Positions 16,655-26,167 of a DNA stretch of 61,832 nt are shown piece after piece. Position numbers and translations under genes: made by a program. The notes below the pieces were generated by a model. It searched no databases. It saw only the letters and a list, made by a program, of their open reading frames with translations, and was not told the DNA's origin. Source of the DNA: Actinomycetota bacterium (GTDB lineage Bacteria > Actinomycetota > Actinomycetes > S36-B12); the NCBI GenBank assembly GCA_009699015.1, contig WLOY01000004.1, positions 1 to 61,832 of the forward strand, in the 5' to 3' direction. How positions within the stretch are numbered: position 1 is the first letter of the stretch; each line of letters starts with the position of its first letter.

Positions 16655-18591
16655 CGTTGCCAGCCCCGAATCTCGATGACCGCGGATTCCAGGATCTCGT
16701 CGACGAGGCGAAGCGACTCGTCCAGTTGCGCAACCCGGAGTGGACCGATCACAATGTGTCGGACCCGGGGGTCACGCTCATCGAGACCTTCGCCTACATG
16801 ACCGATCAGCTGATTTACCGACTCAATCGCGTTCCGGATCTCCACTACGTGAAGTTCCTTGACCTGCTGGGCGAGAAGATGATCCCGCCGGCGGCCGCGG
16901 TCGCCCGCATCGAGTTCTGGCTTTCGGTCGCGCAGGACGTCGATATCTCCATTCCGCGAGGCACCCTAGTCTCGACGGTCCGCACCGGCAACGATCGAGC
17001 GGTCACTTTCGCGACGATCGATGACTTTACGATTCCGGCCGTCGACTGCAGGCAATCGCTCACGAAGGCGGTCGATGGCGGTTTCGAGAATCACGATGAG
17101 AGGCGAGCCCTGCGCGAGGAGTTCCCGGTGTTTTCCTCCTGCCCGCAGGTCGGCGATGCGCTGTACATCGGCCTCACTCAAGCCGCGAGCCATTGCTTCG
17201 TGAGGCTGGTCATCGCCTCCAACAGCGACGTCGAGGGCATCGGCGTGGATCCCCTTAATCCGCCGTACATCGTGGAGGCATGGGATGGCCAGAAGTGGGG
17301 CAAGTCGCGGATTCTCTCCGACGATACCGGCGGTCTCAACCGCTCGGGGAATATCGATCTGTCCATTAGCGAACATGTGGCCTCGACTATCGGCGGCGTG
17401 CACGCTGCGTGGTTGCGAATCATCGTGGTCGAGACGGTTGGTAGCCAGCCCGCCTACCTCAGCACGCCGGAGATTCTCCACGTCGAAGCCGATACCCTCG
17501 GCGGCGTCATCGATGCGGCCCACTCTGAGCCCATCGAGAACGAACTCCTCGGACCATGCACCGGCACGCCAGGTGACCGCCTCCACCTGAGCCAGGTTCC
17601 CCTTGTGGCTGGCCAGATGAGCATGGAGATTGAGGTGAGTGGGGTGCGTGGTTGGACCACGTGGACTCGAGTCGAGAGCTTCGCCGAATCCGGACCGATG
17701 GACCGGCACTTCGTGCTCGATGAGGTGAGTGGTCAGTTGCGCTTCGGGCCGGTCATCAGGCTCCCCGAGGGCGGGTCCCGTGGCTACGGTGCCACGCCCG
17801 AACCGCAGGCGATGGTCCGTATTCCTCGTTATCTCGTCGGCGGCGGGCTCATCGGAAACGTCGAATCGCGTACGCTTTCGGTGCTTCGGACGAGCATCCC
17901 GTTCATCTCGACGGTCGTGAACTTGCAGGCTGCCTATGGTGGCTCTGACGCGGAGACCCTTGAGGACGTCAAGGAGCGTGCGGCGATCACGGTTCGGACT
18001 CAGATGCGGGCCGTGACAGCGCGTGATTACGAACTGCTGGTGGCAACGGCAGCACCATCGATAGCTCGCGTCTCCTGCATCGACGCCACCAGCATGGGAA
18101 AGCCAGGACATGTGCTCATCCAGGTCGTGCCGCGCGTCACGCGTGATGTCTCCGACTTTGATGCACTCCAGCCGCGCGAGGAGGTGCTCAAGGAGATCCG
18201 AAACTTCATCGATCCCCGCCGTCCGCTGGGAGCGGTCGTTCATGTCGAGCCACCCAAGTACCTTGGCGTGTCGGTGGTTGCACGCATCGCCTTGGAGCCG
18301 GGTGCGTCCCAGACGAGGGTCGTAGCGGAGGCCGACGCCGCCCTGCGAAGTTTCATGCACCCCGTTGAAGGCGGATATGACGGCAAAGGCTGGCCCTTTG
18401 GCCACCCGCTCCTCCTAGGCGATGTCCACGCCCGTCTCCAACGAATCCCCGGGCTGGCCTATGTAGATGTCGTTCGCCTCGTGCCGGTGGACATCGTGAC
18501 CGGTGTGCACGGAACGCCCGGTGACAAGGTACAGGCCGGCGCGCGTGACCTCCTGTTTTGCGTAGGAAATGAGATCGAGGTGGTCGAGTGA
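16651..18591 (+). CDS. Baseplate J-like protein (gp6/Afp11/Cis11-like)
   Basis: 646 aa with an ATGA overlap to gp25. LDDRGFQDLVDEAKR...PEWTDHNVSDPGVTLIE N-terminus is typical of CIS baseplate J proteins. Confidence 0.8.
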   Translation: MTLPAPNLDDRGFQDLVDEAKRLVQLRNPEWTDHNVSDPGVTLIETFAYMTDQLIYRLNRVPDLHYVKFLDLLGEKMIPPAAAVARIEFWLSVAQDVDISIPRGTLVSTVRTGNDRAVTFATIDDFTIPAVDCRQSLTKAVDGGFENHDERRALREEFPVFSSCPQVGDALYIGLTQAASHCFVRLVIASNSDVEGIGVDPLNPPYIVEAWDGQKWGKSRILSDDTGGLNRSGNIDLSISEHVASTIGGVHAAWLRIIVVETVGSQPAYLSTPEILHVEADTLGGVIDAAHSEPIENELLGPCTGTPGDRLHLSQVPLVAGQMSMEIEVSGVRGWTTWTRVESFAESGPMDRHFVLDEVSGQLRFGPVIRLPEGGSRGYGATPEPQAMVRIPRYLVGGGLIGNVESRTLSVLRTSIPFISTVVNLQAAYGGSDAETLEDVKERAAITVRTQMRAVTARDYELLVATAAPSIARVSCIDATSMGKPGHVLIQVVPRVTRDVSDFDALQPREEVLKEIRNFIDPRRPLGAVVHVEPPKYLGVSVVARIALEPGASQTRVVAEADAALRSFMHPVEGGYDGKGWPFGHPLLLGDVHARLQRIPGLAYVDVVRLVPVDIVTGVHGTPGDKVQAGARDLLFCVGNEIEVVE

Positions 18592-19178
18592 CAGCGGAGC
18601 TTGACCTCCGAGCCTCCACCTTGGCGCCAGGTGCGGGCCGGGGAGTGGTCCCGGGACTTCGCAGCCCATTTCCCCTGGAACGGCAACTCCCGGCGATGCT
18701 TGCTGACGACCAGTTCACAGCGAGGTTCCTCGCGGCCCTCGATGAGGTCATTGCGCCGGCCATCAGCGTCATCGACTGCTTTGATGCCTATCTCGACCCC
18801 CTCACCGCACCGACTGACATGTTGCGCTACATGGGAGCGTGGCTGCTCGCGACCATCGATGATGCCTGGACCGAGGACTCCCTTCGGCGCGACGTTTCGG
18901 ATGCCCACTTGAGATCGAAGTGGGGCGGTACGGCGCGTGGCCTCCGCGATCGCCTGATGCCGCATGAGGTGTCGGCCCTGCGAATCAAGGAGTCAGGGAG
19001 CACGATTATGAGTGCGGTTCCGACGGATCCGGCCTCGTGGCCCGAGGCCCCTGAGCCGACGGTCACGCTGACGATCACCCCGCGGGACAAGGGCAAGCAG
19101 GAGGTGGCCCGGGTGACCCGCATCGCGCTGGGCCTGGTCCCGGCCCATGTCTCGCTCAAGGTGACGGCGGGGCGCTGA
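18588..19178 (+). CDS. Baseplate protein, P2 gpI-like (Afp12/Cis12-like)
   Basis: GTGA overlap with the J-like gene. LPAMLADDQFTARFLAALDEVIAPAISVIDCFDAYLDP matches the phage tail protein I motif. Confidence 0.65.
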   Translation: MTAELDLRASTLAPGAGRGVVPGLRSPFPLERQLPAMLADDQFTARFLAALDEVIAPAISVIDCFDAYLDPLTAPTDMLRYMGAWLLATIDDAWTEDSLRRDVSDAHLRSKWGGTARGLRDRLMPHEVSALRIKESGSTIMSAVPTDPASWPEAPEPTVTLTITPRDKGKQEVARVTRIALGLVPAHVSLKVTAGR

Positions 19179-19185
19179 GCCGACC

Positions 19186-20820
19186 GTGACGATTTCGATG
19201 CACCCGGACATCACGTGCACCCGATGCGGGACCGTCGTTCCCTGGGGCCCGTACTGCCCGCATTGTGTCGCCTACCTCGAATTCGCGGGCGAGCCGCCAT
19301 GGGCTCCAGATGAACCGGACGCGGAAGCGCAGGCACCCGTCCTCATCGAGGAGCCTTTGGCTGAGCTGGCGGCGTTTGGTGAGCTCATCCGGTTGGGTTC
19401 GGACCCGAGCGAGGACATTGAGCCCTCGGTGATGGACCTGGAGTCCGGTGCGGAACCCGTTGAGCCCGCGCCGACGGCACTGATCCCAGAGGTGTCCCGT
19501 GAAGCTGCGGGCCCCGCGGGGGGATCTCCGGTTTCGCCCTCATTGCCACTCGGCGATGGGCAGGAGTCAGCACATGACTCATCCGGTCCACGCCGTATCC
19601 CGTGGTACCGGCCAACCCCTGCGCAGCGTAGGGGATATGTCGCCTCCGGGGTCCTGTCCGGCTTCATCGTGCTCGTCATCGCCGTGGTCGCCGGATGGAG
19701 CACCTTGTTCGTGACGATTCCCGTCATCATGGGATGGGCTCTGGCGTCGGGCTGGCTGTTTTTCGTCGAGGACGAGCACGCGGAGGATCACCAGGATCAC
19801 GAGGAGGAGACTTCCGAGGAGGTGGCTCCCGAGGAGGTGGCTTCCCAGGAGGTGGCTCCTGCGGAAGCCGGGGGGCTCGAAGCCCGAGCACCTCAACTTG
19901 TCGATGCGGTGGTGGTGAATCCGCACGGGTCTACGATTTCAAGGGCCACGACGGGTAACACTCCGTGCCCCACTTGCGGCAATCCCAACGGTGCAATCCG
20001 GCGCTACTGCGACTGGTGCGGCGGGGTCATGGAGGGCGCCACCCTCTCTCCGAGCACGGTTGCCGCACTTGGCGCATCCGAGGATGACGGAAAGCCCGAA
20101 AAGGGCAAGAAGCGAAAGGGCCGGAGGTCCCCGAGTCGCAGTTGGCGCCAGGCGTTGCTTGCCGGCGGAGTCGGGCTCGTTCTCATCTCCACCCTGCTCG
20201 TCGCGTTCTTCGGCCCAGGTGCGCTCCGGTTTAGGGGCGGAATCACGACCGTGTATCAGCAGATCAGCCAGTGGCTAAATCCGTTCACCGGTCAAGTTCA
20301 AGCCATCGACACGGTCACCTCGACGTCGACCCTGCCGGGCATGTCGCCGGACCTTGCTGCGGGCGGAGATGTGAGGACATTCTGGGCGTCCGACACGAGT
20401 CCCGGCTTTGGCATCGGGACAGTCCTCACCTACAACCTCGCCGATGCCAGCCCGATCAATCGCATGGTGATCTACCCCGGGATTCAGGGCCCGCAATTCG
20501 ACTCGCGCGCCCTCGCGACGCCCAAGCAGATCACCTTGACCTTCGATGACGGGACGTCGATCACGACGGTTCTGCTGCCCGTCGATGACGAGCGTGCCCT
20601 GACGCAACTCGTCGAATTCCCTGCGGTGGGTACCCAGACGGTGACGATGACCATCGATAGCGTCTACCCACCGCGCGGGGCTCTTGAGGGCGATCTAGGG
20701 GAGGTTGCGATCAGCGGAACTACGTTCATAAAGCTCCCGCCGCCGCCGCCGCTCTTTGGGATTCAGCAGGGTGTTCGAGAGCCGAAGCTCCCGGGTCTCC
20801 GCGGATCGACTAGCGGCTAG
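19186..20820 (+). CDS. Membrane protein with two zinc ribbons, an acidic repeat linker and a C-terminal discoidin/F5-8-type-C-like domain; last gene of the CIS structural operon
   Basis: CTRCG..CPHC and CPTCGN..CDWCG ribbons. Hydrophobic spans VLSGFIVLVIAVVAGWSTLFVTIPVIMGWALASGWLFFV and ALLAGGVGLVLISTLLVAFFG. EEVAP/EEVASQ/EVAPA repeats lie at about 19816-19863. The C-terminus reads FWASDTS...MVIYPG...ITLTFDDGT... Confidence 0.7.
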   Translation: MTISMHPDITCTRCGTVVPWGPYCPHCVAYLEFAGEPPWAPDEPDAEAQAPVLIEEPLAELAAFGELIRLGSDPSEDIEPSVMDLESGAEPVEPAPTALIPEVSREAAGPAGGSPVSPSLPLGDGQESAHDSSGPRRIPWYRPTPAQRRGYVASGVLSGFIVLVIAVVAGWSTLFVTIPVIMGWALASGWLFFVEDEHAEDHQDHEEETSEEVAPEEVASQEVAPAEAGGLEARAPQLVDAVVVNPHGSTISRATTGNTPCPTCGNPNGAIRRYCDWCGGVMEGATLSPSTVAALGASEDDGKPEKGKKRKGRRSPSRSWRQALLAGGVGLVLISTLLVAFFGPGALRFRGGITTVYQQISQWLNPFTGQVQAIDTVTSTSTLPGMSPDLAAGGDVRTFWASDTSPGFGIGTVLTYNLADASPINRMVIYPGIQGPQFDSRALATPKQITLTFDDGTSITTVLLPVDDERALTQLVEFPAVGTQTVTMTIDSVYPPRGALEGDLGEVAISGTTFIKLPPPPPLFGIQQGVREPKLPGLRGSTSG

Positions 20821-20843
20821 CAGTTCACCTCTCTGAATTGCCG

Positions 20844-22751
20844 TCAACTGGCGGCGGGCGTTGCCGAATCAGCAGGTGCGGGTTGACTCGGCTCGCCGCC
20901 CGCGACCGTTGCCGATGGCGCCGGTATAGGTGCGGGAGTTGAGTCGGATCCCGAAGGTGCCAGGGTCTGGTCCGGGGTCGCCGGCTCCTCAGTGGTCCCG
21001 CAGAATGCTTTCGTGTACACCGACTCGCCTTCAGCGGTCGTCGCCCTCATTCGGAAGCAGTATTTCGTGGCAGGGCTGAGGTCGACGACCTCTGCGGCGG
21101 TGTCGGCTGCCTTCGGACTCACCGCGACGTCGGACCAGCCGGTGAAGATCTTGCGCTGAATGGTCCAACCGGTAATGGTCGCCGCCGGATCGCACACCTT
21201 CGAGGGGGCCGCATCGACAGTCGGACTCAGCCCGGGCCTCGTCGAGGGGCTGGCCTGCACTGTCAGTGGCGGGGCGCTCATGCCGCGCGGCGGTGCGGTT
21301 GCGGGAGCCCAAAGGATAGCCATCGACGTGGTGGAGATCGGCTTTGCCTCGGTTTCCATCGGAGGGCAGGGGGCGGGCGAAGTCGACTCCAGTGACGCCG
21401 TTGCGCCGGCCAGTGGTGTGTCCGGGAGCCCGTCTCCGTTCGTGTCGATGCCGTCGGCGATGCCATCGCCGTTGACGTCAACTCCGTTCGGGTCCGGAAC
21501 GAATGCGCATGCTTGCGGGCTGTAGAGGGACTGCGAGGCTTCGACCTTGGCAGCGACGCGATAGCAGGCCTCCCCCGGAGCGACGGCCACCACCACGTAC
21601 CGGGTGGTGCCCCCGTCAAGGTTGGCGACCTCGGTACAGCCCTTGCAAATAGGTGACGGCCGAGCCAGGTGAAGCGCAGCGTCATCGCTGCTAGGGCTTG
21701 GCGTGGCACTCGTCCTCAGTGCGATAGAGGTGACGCTGGCCGGGGGAGTGGATACTGCAGTTCGCGCCGAACTCCCACTCGTCGTTGGGTCGCCTGCCGG
21801 ACCCAACGAATAGACGGTGTAGTTCGACGCACCTGGTGACTGATCCCAGGTGAGCACCACCTGTCCTGGCCCCGCAGCTGCAGCCTTCACATTTTTGGGT
21901 ACGGGCGGGGCGCCGGCGGTGGTGGGAGGCGCTGATGCGAGCAATCGCGAGACGACGAAGACGGCGATGAGCGAGAGGAACCCGAAGAGGAGCACGAGCC
22001 TGCCGAAGAACCCGAGGCGCACACGAAGAAGGGGCTTGTGCAGCACGCTACCTCGAGCGTCGTCCGCCTGGGGATCGACGATTGGCATCCCGGAATCCGC
22101 GTTCGTGATCGGAGTGATGGTTGCGGTGAACGCTCGGGTGTCGAAGGTGGTGCCGATGAGGCGGGGTGCGGCCTTGACGAGGACTCCTGACCATCGGGAC
22201 TCGCCGGGCGCGAGCGTGATGGTGGGTTCCTCCGGCTTGACGGTGAGGTAGCCCTCCGGATCTTCGGCCTCGATTCGGTAAGTGACAGTGGAATTACCTT
22301 CATTGCTCACCTGAACGAGTAGCTTCGCCTTGGTGCGAATCGAGAAGCTGTTGCGTCCTATCGCCGTCGAGAAGCGGTAAAAGGGGGCGACCGCCACGAG
22401 CATCTCGTCGGACGAGGCATTTGCCCTGCGCACCTCGGACATGGCCTGTACCCCGATGACGTAGTCACCGGCGACGACGCTGGGGGATAGCGGGGGCCGC
22501 AGCGTGATGAGCGCCGTCCCCTCCTCGCCCGGGAAGAGCGAGAGGGTGGGGGGATCGATTTCCACCCACGGCGCAGCGGGACCCAGTGCGATGAGGTCGT
22601 ACGTCTCGACGATGGTGCCGGCATTTTGGACGTCAAAGTGGGCTCGAAATGCCTCACCAGGCGTGACCCGTGCGTGGTCCTCGCGAATATTGACAAGGGG
22701 CCGCATCAGGGGTGGCTCTGACGATGGATCGATGAACGTGGGGGTCGTCAT
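20844..22751 (-). CDS. Single-pass membrane protein: N-terminal Ig-like (CARDB/NEW3-like) domains, TM, FN3-like domains and a DxDxDG calcium-binding-type repeat
   Basis: 635 aa. TM segment FFGRLVLLFGFLSLIAVFVVSRLL. VVLTWDQSPGASNYTVYS is FN3-like. DVNGDGIADGIDTNGDGLPD is thrombospondin-type-3-like. The gene is convergent with the CIS operon end, with a 23-bp gap. Confidence 0.7.
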   Translation of the reverse strand: MTTPTFIDPSSEPPLMRPLVNIREDHARVTPGEAFRAHFDVQNAGTIVETYDLIALGPAAPWVEIDPPTLSLFPGEEGTALITLRPPLSPSVVAGDYVIGVQAMSEVRRANASSDEMLVAVAPFYRFSTAIGRNSFSIRTKAKLLVQVSNEGNSTVTYRIEAEDPEGYLTVKPEEPTITLAPGESRWSGVLVKAAPRLIGTTFDTRAFTATITPITNADSGMPIVDPQADDARGSVLHKPLLRVRLGFFGRLVLLFGFLSLIAVFVVSRLLASAPPTTAGAPPVPKNVKAAAAGPGQVVLTWDQSPGASNYTVYSLGPAGDPTTSGSSARTAVSTPPASVTSIALRTSATPSPSSDDAALHLARPSPICKGCTEVANLDGGTTRYVVVAVAPGEACYRVAAKVEASQSLYSPQACAFVPDPNGVDVNGDGIADGIDTNGDGLPDTPLAGATASLESTSPAPCPPMETEAKPISTTSMAILWAPATAPPRGMSAPPLTVQASPSTRPGLSPTVDAAPSKVCDPAATITGWTIQRKIFTGWSDVAVSPKAADTAAEVVDLSPATKYCFRMRATTAEGESVYTKAFCGTTEEPATPDQTLAPSGSDSTPAPIPAPSATVAGGEPSQPAPADSATPAAS

Positions 22752-22831
22752 ATGTCCTCAAGTCCTGGATCAACTGTTGCAGGCTTGTCTATCATCCCGG
22801 GGGGTGCCCTTGAGCCGTGTGGTCATGTACC

Positions 22832-24274
22832 TTACGGCCTACTACAAAGGATTATGCCCGAATTCGCAAAGAACATGAAGCCCGCCGCCATGTCCCCGGC
22901 GGCCGATAAAGGGTCGGGCGGGCGCCGGTTCACTTTGCCAGCCTGGTCTGACGACTTCAGCCGGACGGCTCGCTGCGGCTCCTCGCGCATGTGGTGATCG
23001 CTGGCGGCGAGGGAGCACGAGTTGGCGACGAGAATCACGCCGGCGTGGAGGTCAGCCCGATCCGAGGTGGGGGCGCGAGGTGGTCGATGACGGTACTCAC
23101 GAGCGCGACCTCGCCGCGCATCTTCTCGCGGCACCCCTCGGTGGAGGGTCTCTCGTCGTGGCCTTACTCGGATGGTCGGAGGTGATGACGACGTACCGAT
23201 CGCGCGCCGTGGATCGGAGGGTACGGGCGTGCGCGGGGAGGTGTCGTCGTGGACATAGTGTGCCGGGCCAGTCCCCGGGACGACCTCGGCGTTGATGAGC
23301 GGATGCAAGCCATCGCCGAACTCAGCGCGATACGGGGAGTCCTGGTCGCCGAAGCGGTCGAGCTATTCAAGCCTACCCGGCGGCTCGCAGTCGCAGATGT
23401 GGAGGACGGAGAGGCGCCAGAGACATGCGGGCACTTTCGCTCACCTATCATGCGCACGATCCGGCAGGTCGCTTTGGTGCCGCTCAGGCGGGCCAGCGAT
23501 CAGCCATCACCAGGCGCGAGCACACGTCACGCTGTGCTGTCGGTATCGTCAAGCAGTTTCATGAGCCGGGAAAGCTGCCGGGCAGTCAGCTCCAGTCCGC
23601 CTTCTAGCGCCACCTCGAGGATGTCACGATCCCTCCGTCGAGCTTCGGGCGCAGGATGCCCGCCCAGAGTCCGCGGACCTCGGGGAAGGAGACCGAGTGG
23701 ATCGACTCGGGCGAGATGGAGGATCGGACCCCCGGTGATGAGCGCGGTCCACGCGTCGGCAATGAACCCTGGGAGGGACTCGTACTCCCAGGGAACTGTC
23801 CCGGTGGAGGAGCTTCCCGTGCCGCGGCTGAATTGCTCGGTCAGGAGTTGGACTTTGGCGTAGACCGCACTGCCTCGAAGCGTCTTGTTCGCCACCACAG
23901 TGACGGCGAGCGCGACGGTCGGGATGTCGTGGTCTGGTCGGGAGAGCTGGACGCCGAACGCTTCTCACGGCATCGTTTACGGCACGATCGTGCCGATCTG
24001 ACCAGTGAGTGCGATGTTCTACGGCAGGTCGAGAACCCGGAGCCTCCTGCCGAGGGCGAGGTGTTCAACCTGCTCGAGCTCTTGGTTGAAGTAGCCAAAT
24101 GCATCGTTCGCCTCGTGAACGCCAACGACGATCGTATTGAGGGCTCTGAGCATTCTCCCGATGAGCAGGCCACAAAGCGGGAGCGTCACCGTGACCCGCT
24201 GGCTTCATGTGGTCATCGAGCAACCCGGGTCGAACGCCATTCTGCTTGAGGACGAACGATTGGCGGGAGTGCAT
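22832..24274 (-). pseudogene. Frame-broken coding remnants (family not recognised)
   Basis: An ATG at 24274 sits 6 nt after the lipoprotein stop. The protein-like sequence then switches frame near 24190, hits TAG at 24019-24021 and more stops near 23960-23990, and resumes in pieces (ORFs 23527..23898 and 22832..23308). No single intact ORF is present. Confidence 0.3.
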
Positions 24275-24280
24275 CCCCGG

Positions 24281-24742
24281 CTATGGATTTACGGTGATCT
24301 TGACCTTCTGGACGACCTTGCCCTTGCCGTCGACCGGGCCGTCGTAGACCTTCACGACCGCGGTGCCGGGCCCGAGGGCGCGGAATCCGACGGCCGTGCC
24401 GTTGCCGGCCGGGAGGATCTCGATGATGGCGGGATCGGACGAGACTGCGACGTAGCCGGTCTTCTTCGAGTATTCGAAGTTGGGGAACACCGCGATCTGA
24501 CTCGGGATGAGCTCGATCTTCTTCTTCTTCGCCTTCACGAGGATCGGTGACCAGGTGGCGGGATCCTCGCCGACCATGATGTCCTCGGTCGCCTCGACCG
24601 TGGGCTCAGCGAGAGCGGACATCGCAACCGAAGGGGCCGCCGTGGGCACGGTCTCCGCCGAATCGCTGCAGGCGCCGAGCGTGGTCGCCGCGAGCAAGCC
24701 GAAGGCGGCAAGGGCCATGACCCTCGTTGACGGTCGTGTCAT
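24281..24742 (-). CDS. Lipoprotein with a C-terminal Ig-like domain
   Basis: I prefer the start MTRPSTRVMALAAFGLLAATTLGAC (signal peptide plus lipobox LGAC) at 24742. The ORF track start at 24844 adds an implausible leader. Confidence 0.7.
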   Translation of the reverse strand: MTRPSTRVMALAAFGLLAATTLGACSDSAETVPTAAPSVAMSALAEPTVEATEDIMVGEDPATWSPILVKAKKKKIELIPSQIAVFPNFEYSKKTGYVAVSSDPAIIEILPAGNGTAVGFRALGPGTAVVKVYDGPVDGKGKVVQKVKITVNP

Positions 24743-24880
24743 GTCGAACCCCTTTGGTCGGGAAGGCGCACAGCGAATCGAGAATACGTAGGTGAAGGGT
24801 ATGCCCCATCGGCCGCGGGGACCCCGAAATGGCGCCCGCGACACGACGAAATTCTTCGCGACCGCGGCCGGTACGCCGTG

Positions 24881-26167
24881 TCAGCGCTGACGGCTGCTAC
24901 CGGAGCCCTGGGCGGGAGGCCGGCCGGAACGGCGCGGGGTGGATGACGATGGACGTGAGGTGCGGGGCGACGAGGAGCGAGGAGCGGCGGGCCTGGAGCT
25001 CGCCGACACGGCGATGCCCTCCCATTCGGCAGTGACATCGGCCCTGCGAAGGAGGTCACGCACCTCGCCCACCTGATCGGGGGTGGCAATCGTCACGACC
25101 TGGCCGGCTGCACCCGCGCGGGCGGTTCGGCCGGACCGGTGCGTGTACGCCTTGTGCTCGACCGGCGGGTCGGCATGTACGACGAGGGGAACGTCATCGA
25201 CGTGAATGCCGCGGGCGGCGATATCGGTCGCGACGAGGGCGGTCGCTGTGCCGTCCGAGAATGCCGCGAGGTTGCGCTCCCGAGCATTCTGCGACAGGTT
25301 GCCGTGCAACTCGACCGCACCGACGCCGATGGCGTCGAGCTTGCGAGCGAGCTGCTTCGCGCGGTGCTTGGTGCGAGTGAAGACGACCACCCGGCCCTCG
25401 CGGGCCATCCGTGCGATCTCCTCGACGCGATCGGCCTCCTCGACGACGATGACCCTGTGCTCGAGGAGCACCGGAGCCTCGACGCCTGCGGCGTGCGACA
25501 CCGGATTGGTGAGGTACCGGCTGATGAGGGTGTCGACGCCACCGGCGAGGGTCGCGGAGAACAGCAGTCGCTGACCGTTCTCCGGCGTGTGGTCGAGAAT
25601 CCGCTTCACCATCGGCAAGAATCCCTGATCGGCCATGTGGTCGGCCTCGTCCAGGACGCATACCTCGATGCGGTCGAGCGAGACATCGCCGGCCTGCATG
25701 TGGTCGAGGAGGCGTCCGGGACAGGCGACGACGATCTCGACGCCCGTGGCGAAGGCCTTGCGCTGCGCCGCGTGGGTCACGCCGCCGAAGACGGTCGCGG
25801 TCTTCATGCCGTACGCGGCTGCCAGCGGTTCGATGACTGCTGCCACCTGGGTGGCGAGCTCGCGGGTCGGCACGAGTACCAGTGCGCGGGGGCGCCCGCG
25901 CATCGGTGCCATCGGATCCGAAGCGAGACGGGCGACGATCGGCAGCGCGAAGGCGAGGGTCTTGCCGGACCCGGTGCGCCCCTGCCCAAGGACATCGCGA
26001 CCGGCGAGCGAGTCCGGAAGGGTTGCCTCCTGGATCGGGAAGGGCTCGGTGACCTGCTGGGCGGTGAGGAGCGCGACGAGTGGCGCAGGCACGCCGAGTG
26101 CCGAGAAGCCGGTTCCGGTTACGGCCGCAGCTGCCGAGCTGGCCGAGGGAGGGGTGATCGGGGGCAT
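24881..26167 (-). CDS. DEAD-box ATP-dependent RNA helicase with an R/S/P-rich C-terminal tail
   Basis: Q-motif FPIQ, Walker A GQGRTGSGKT, VLDEADHM, FSATL and HRSGRTARAG. The ATG at 26167 gives a normal N-terminus. An in-frame RS-rich upstream stretch has no canonical start codon, so the start is uncertain. Confidence 0.85.
   Translation of the reverse strand: MPPITPPSASSAAAAVTGTGFSALGVPAPLVALLTAQQVTEPFPIQEATLPDSLAGRDVLGQGRTGSGKTLAFALPIVARLASDPMAPMRGRPRALVLVPTRELATQVAAVIEPLAAAYGMKTATVFGGVTHAAQRKAFATGVEIVVACPGRLLDHMQAGDVSLDRIEVCVLDEADHMADQGFLPMVKRILDHTPENGQRLLFSATLAGGVDTLISRYLTNPVSHAAGVEAPVLLEHRVIVVEEADRVEEIARMAREGRVVVFTRTKHRAKQLARKLDAIGVGAVELHGNLSQNARERNLAAFSDGTATALVATDIAARGIHVDDVPLVVHADPPVEHKAYTHRSGRTARAGAAGQVVTIATPDQVGEVRDLLRRADVTAEWEGIAVSASSRPAAPRSSSPRTSRPSSSTPRRSGRPPAQGSGSSRQR

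Noticed and set aside
16966-18405. 479-aa minus-strand ORF opposite the baseplate J-like gene.
   Set aside because: Antisense shadow. Its composition is R/D/H/G-rich. The plus-strand gene has family motifs and operon coupling.
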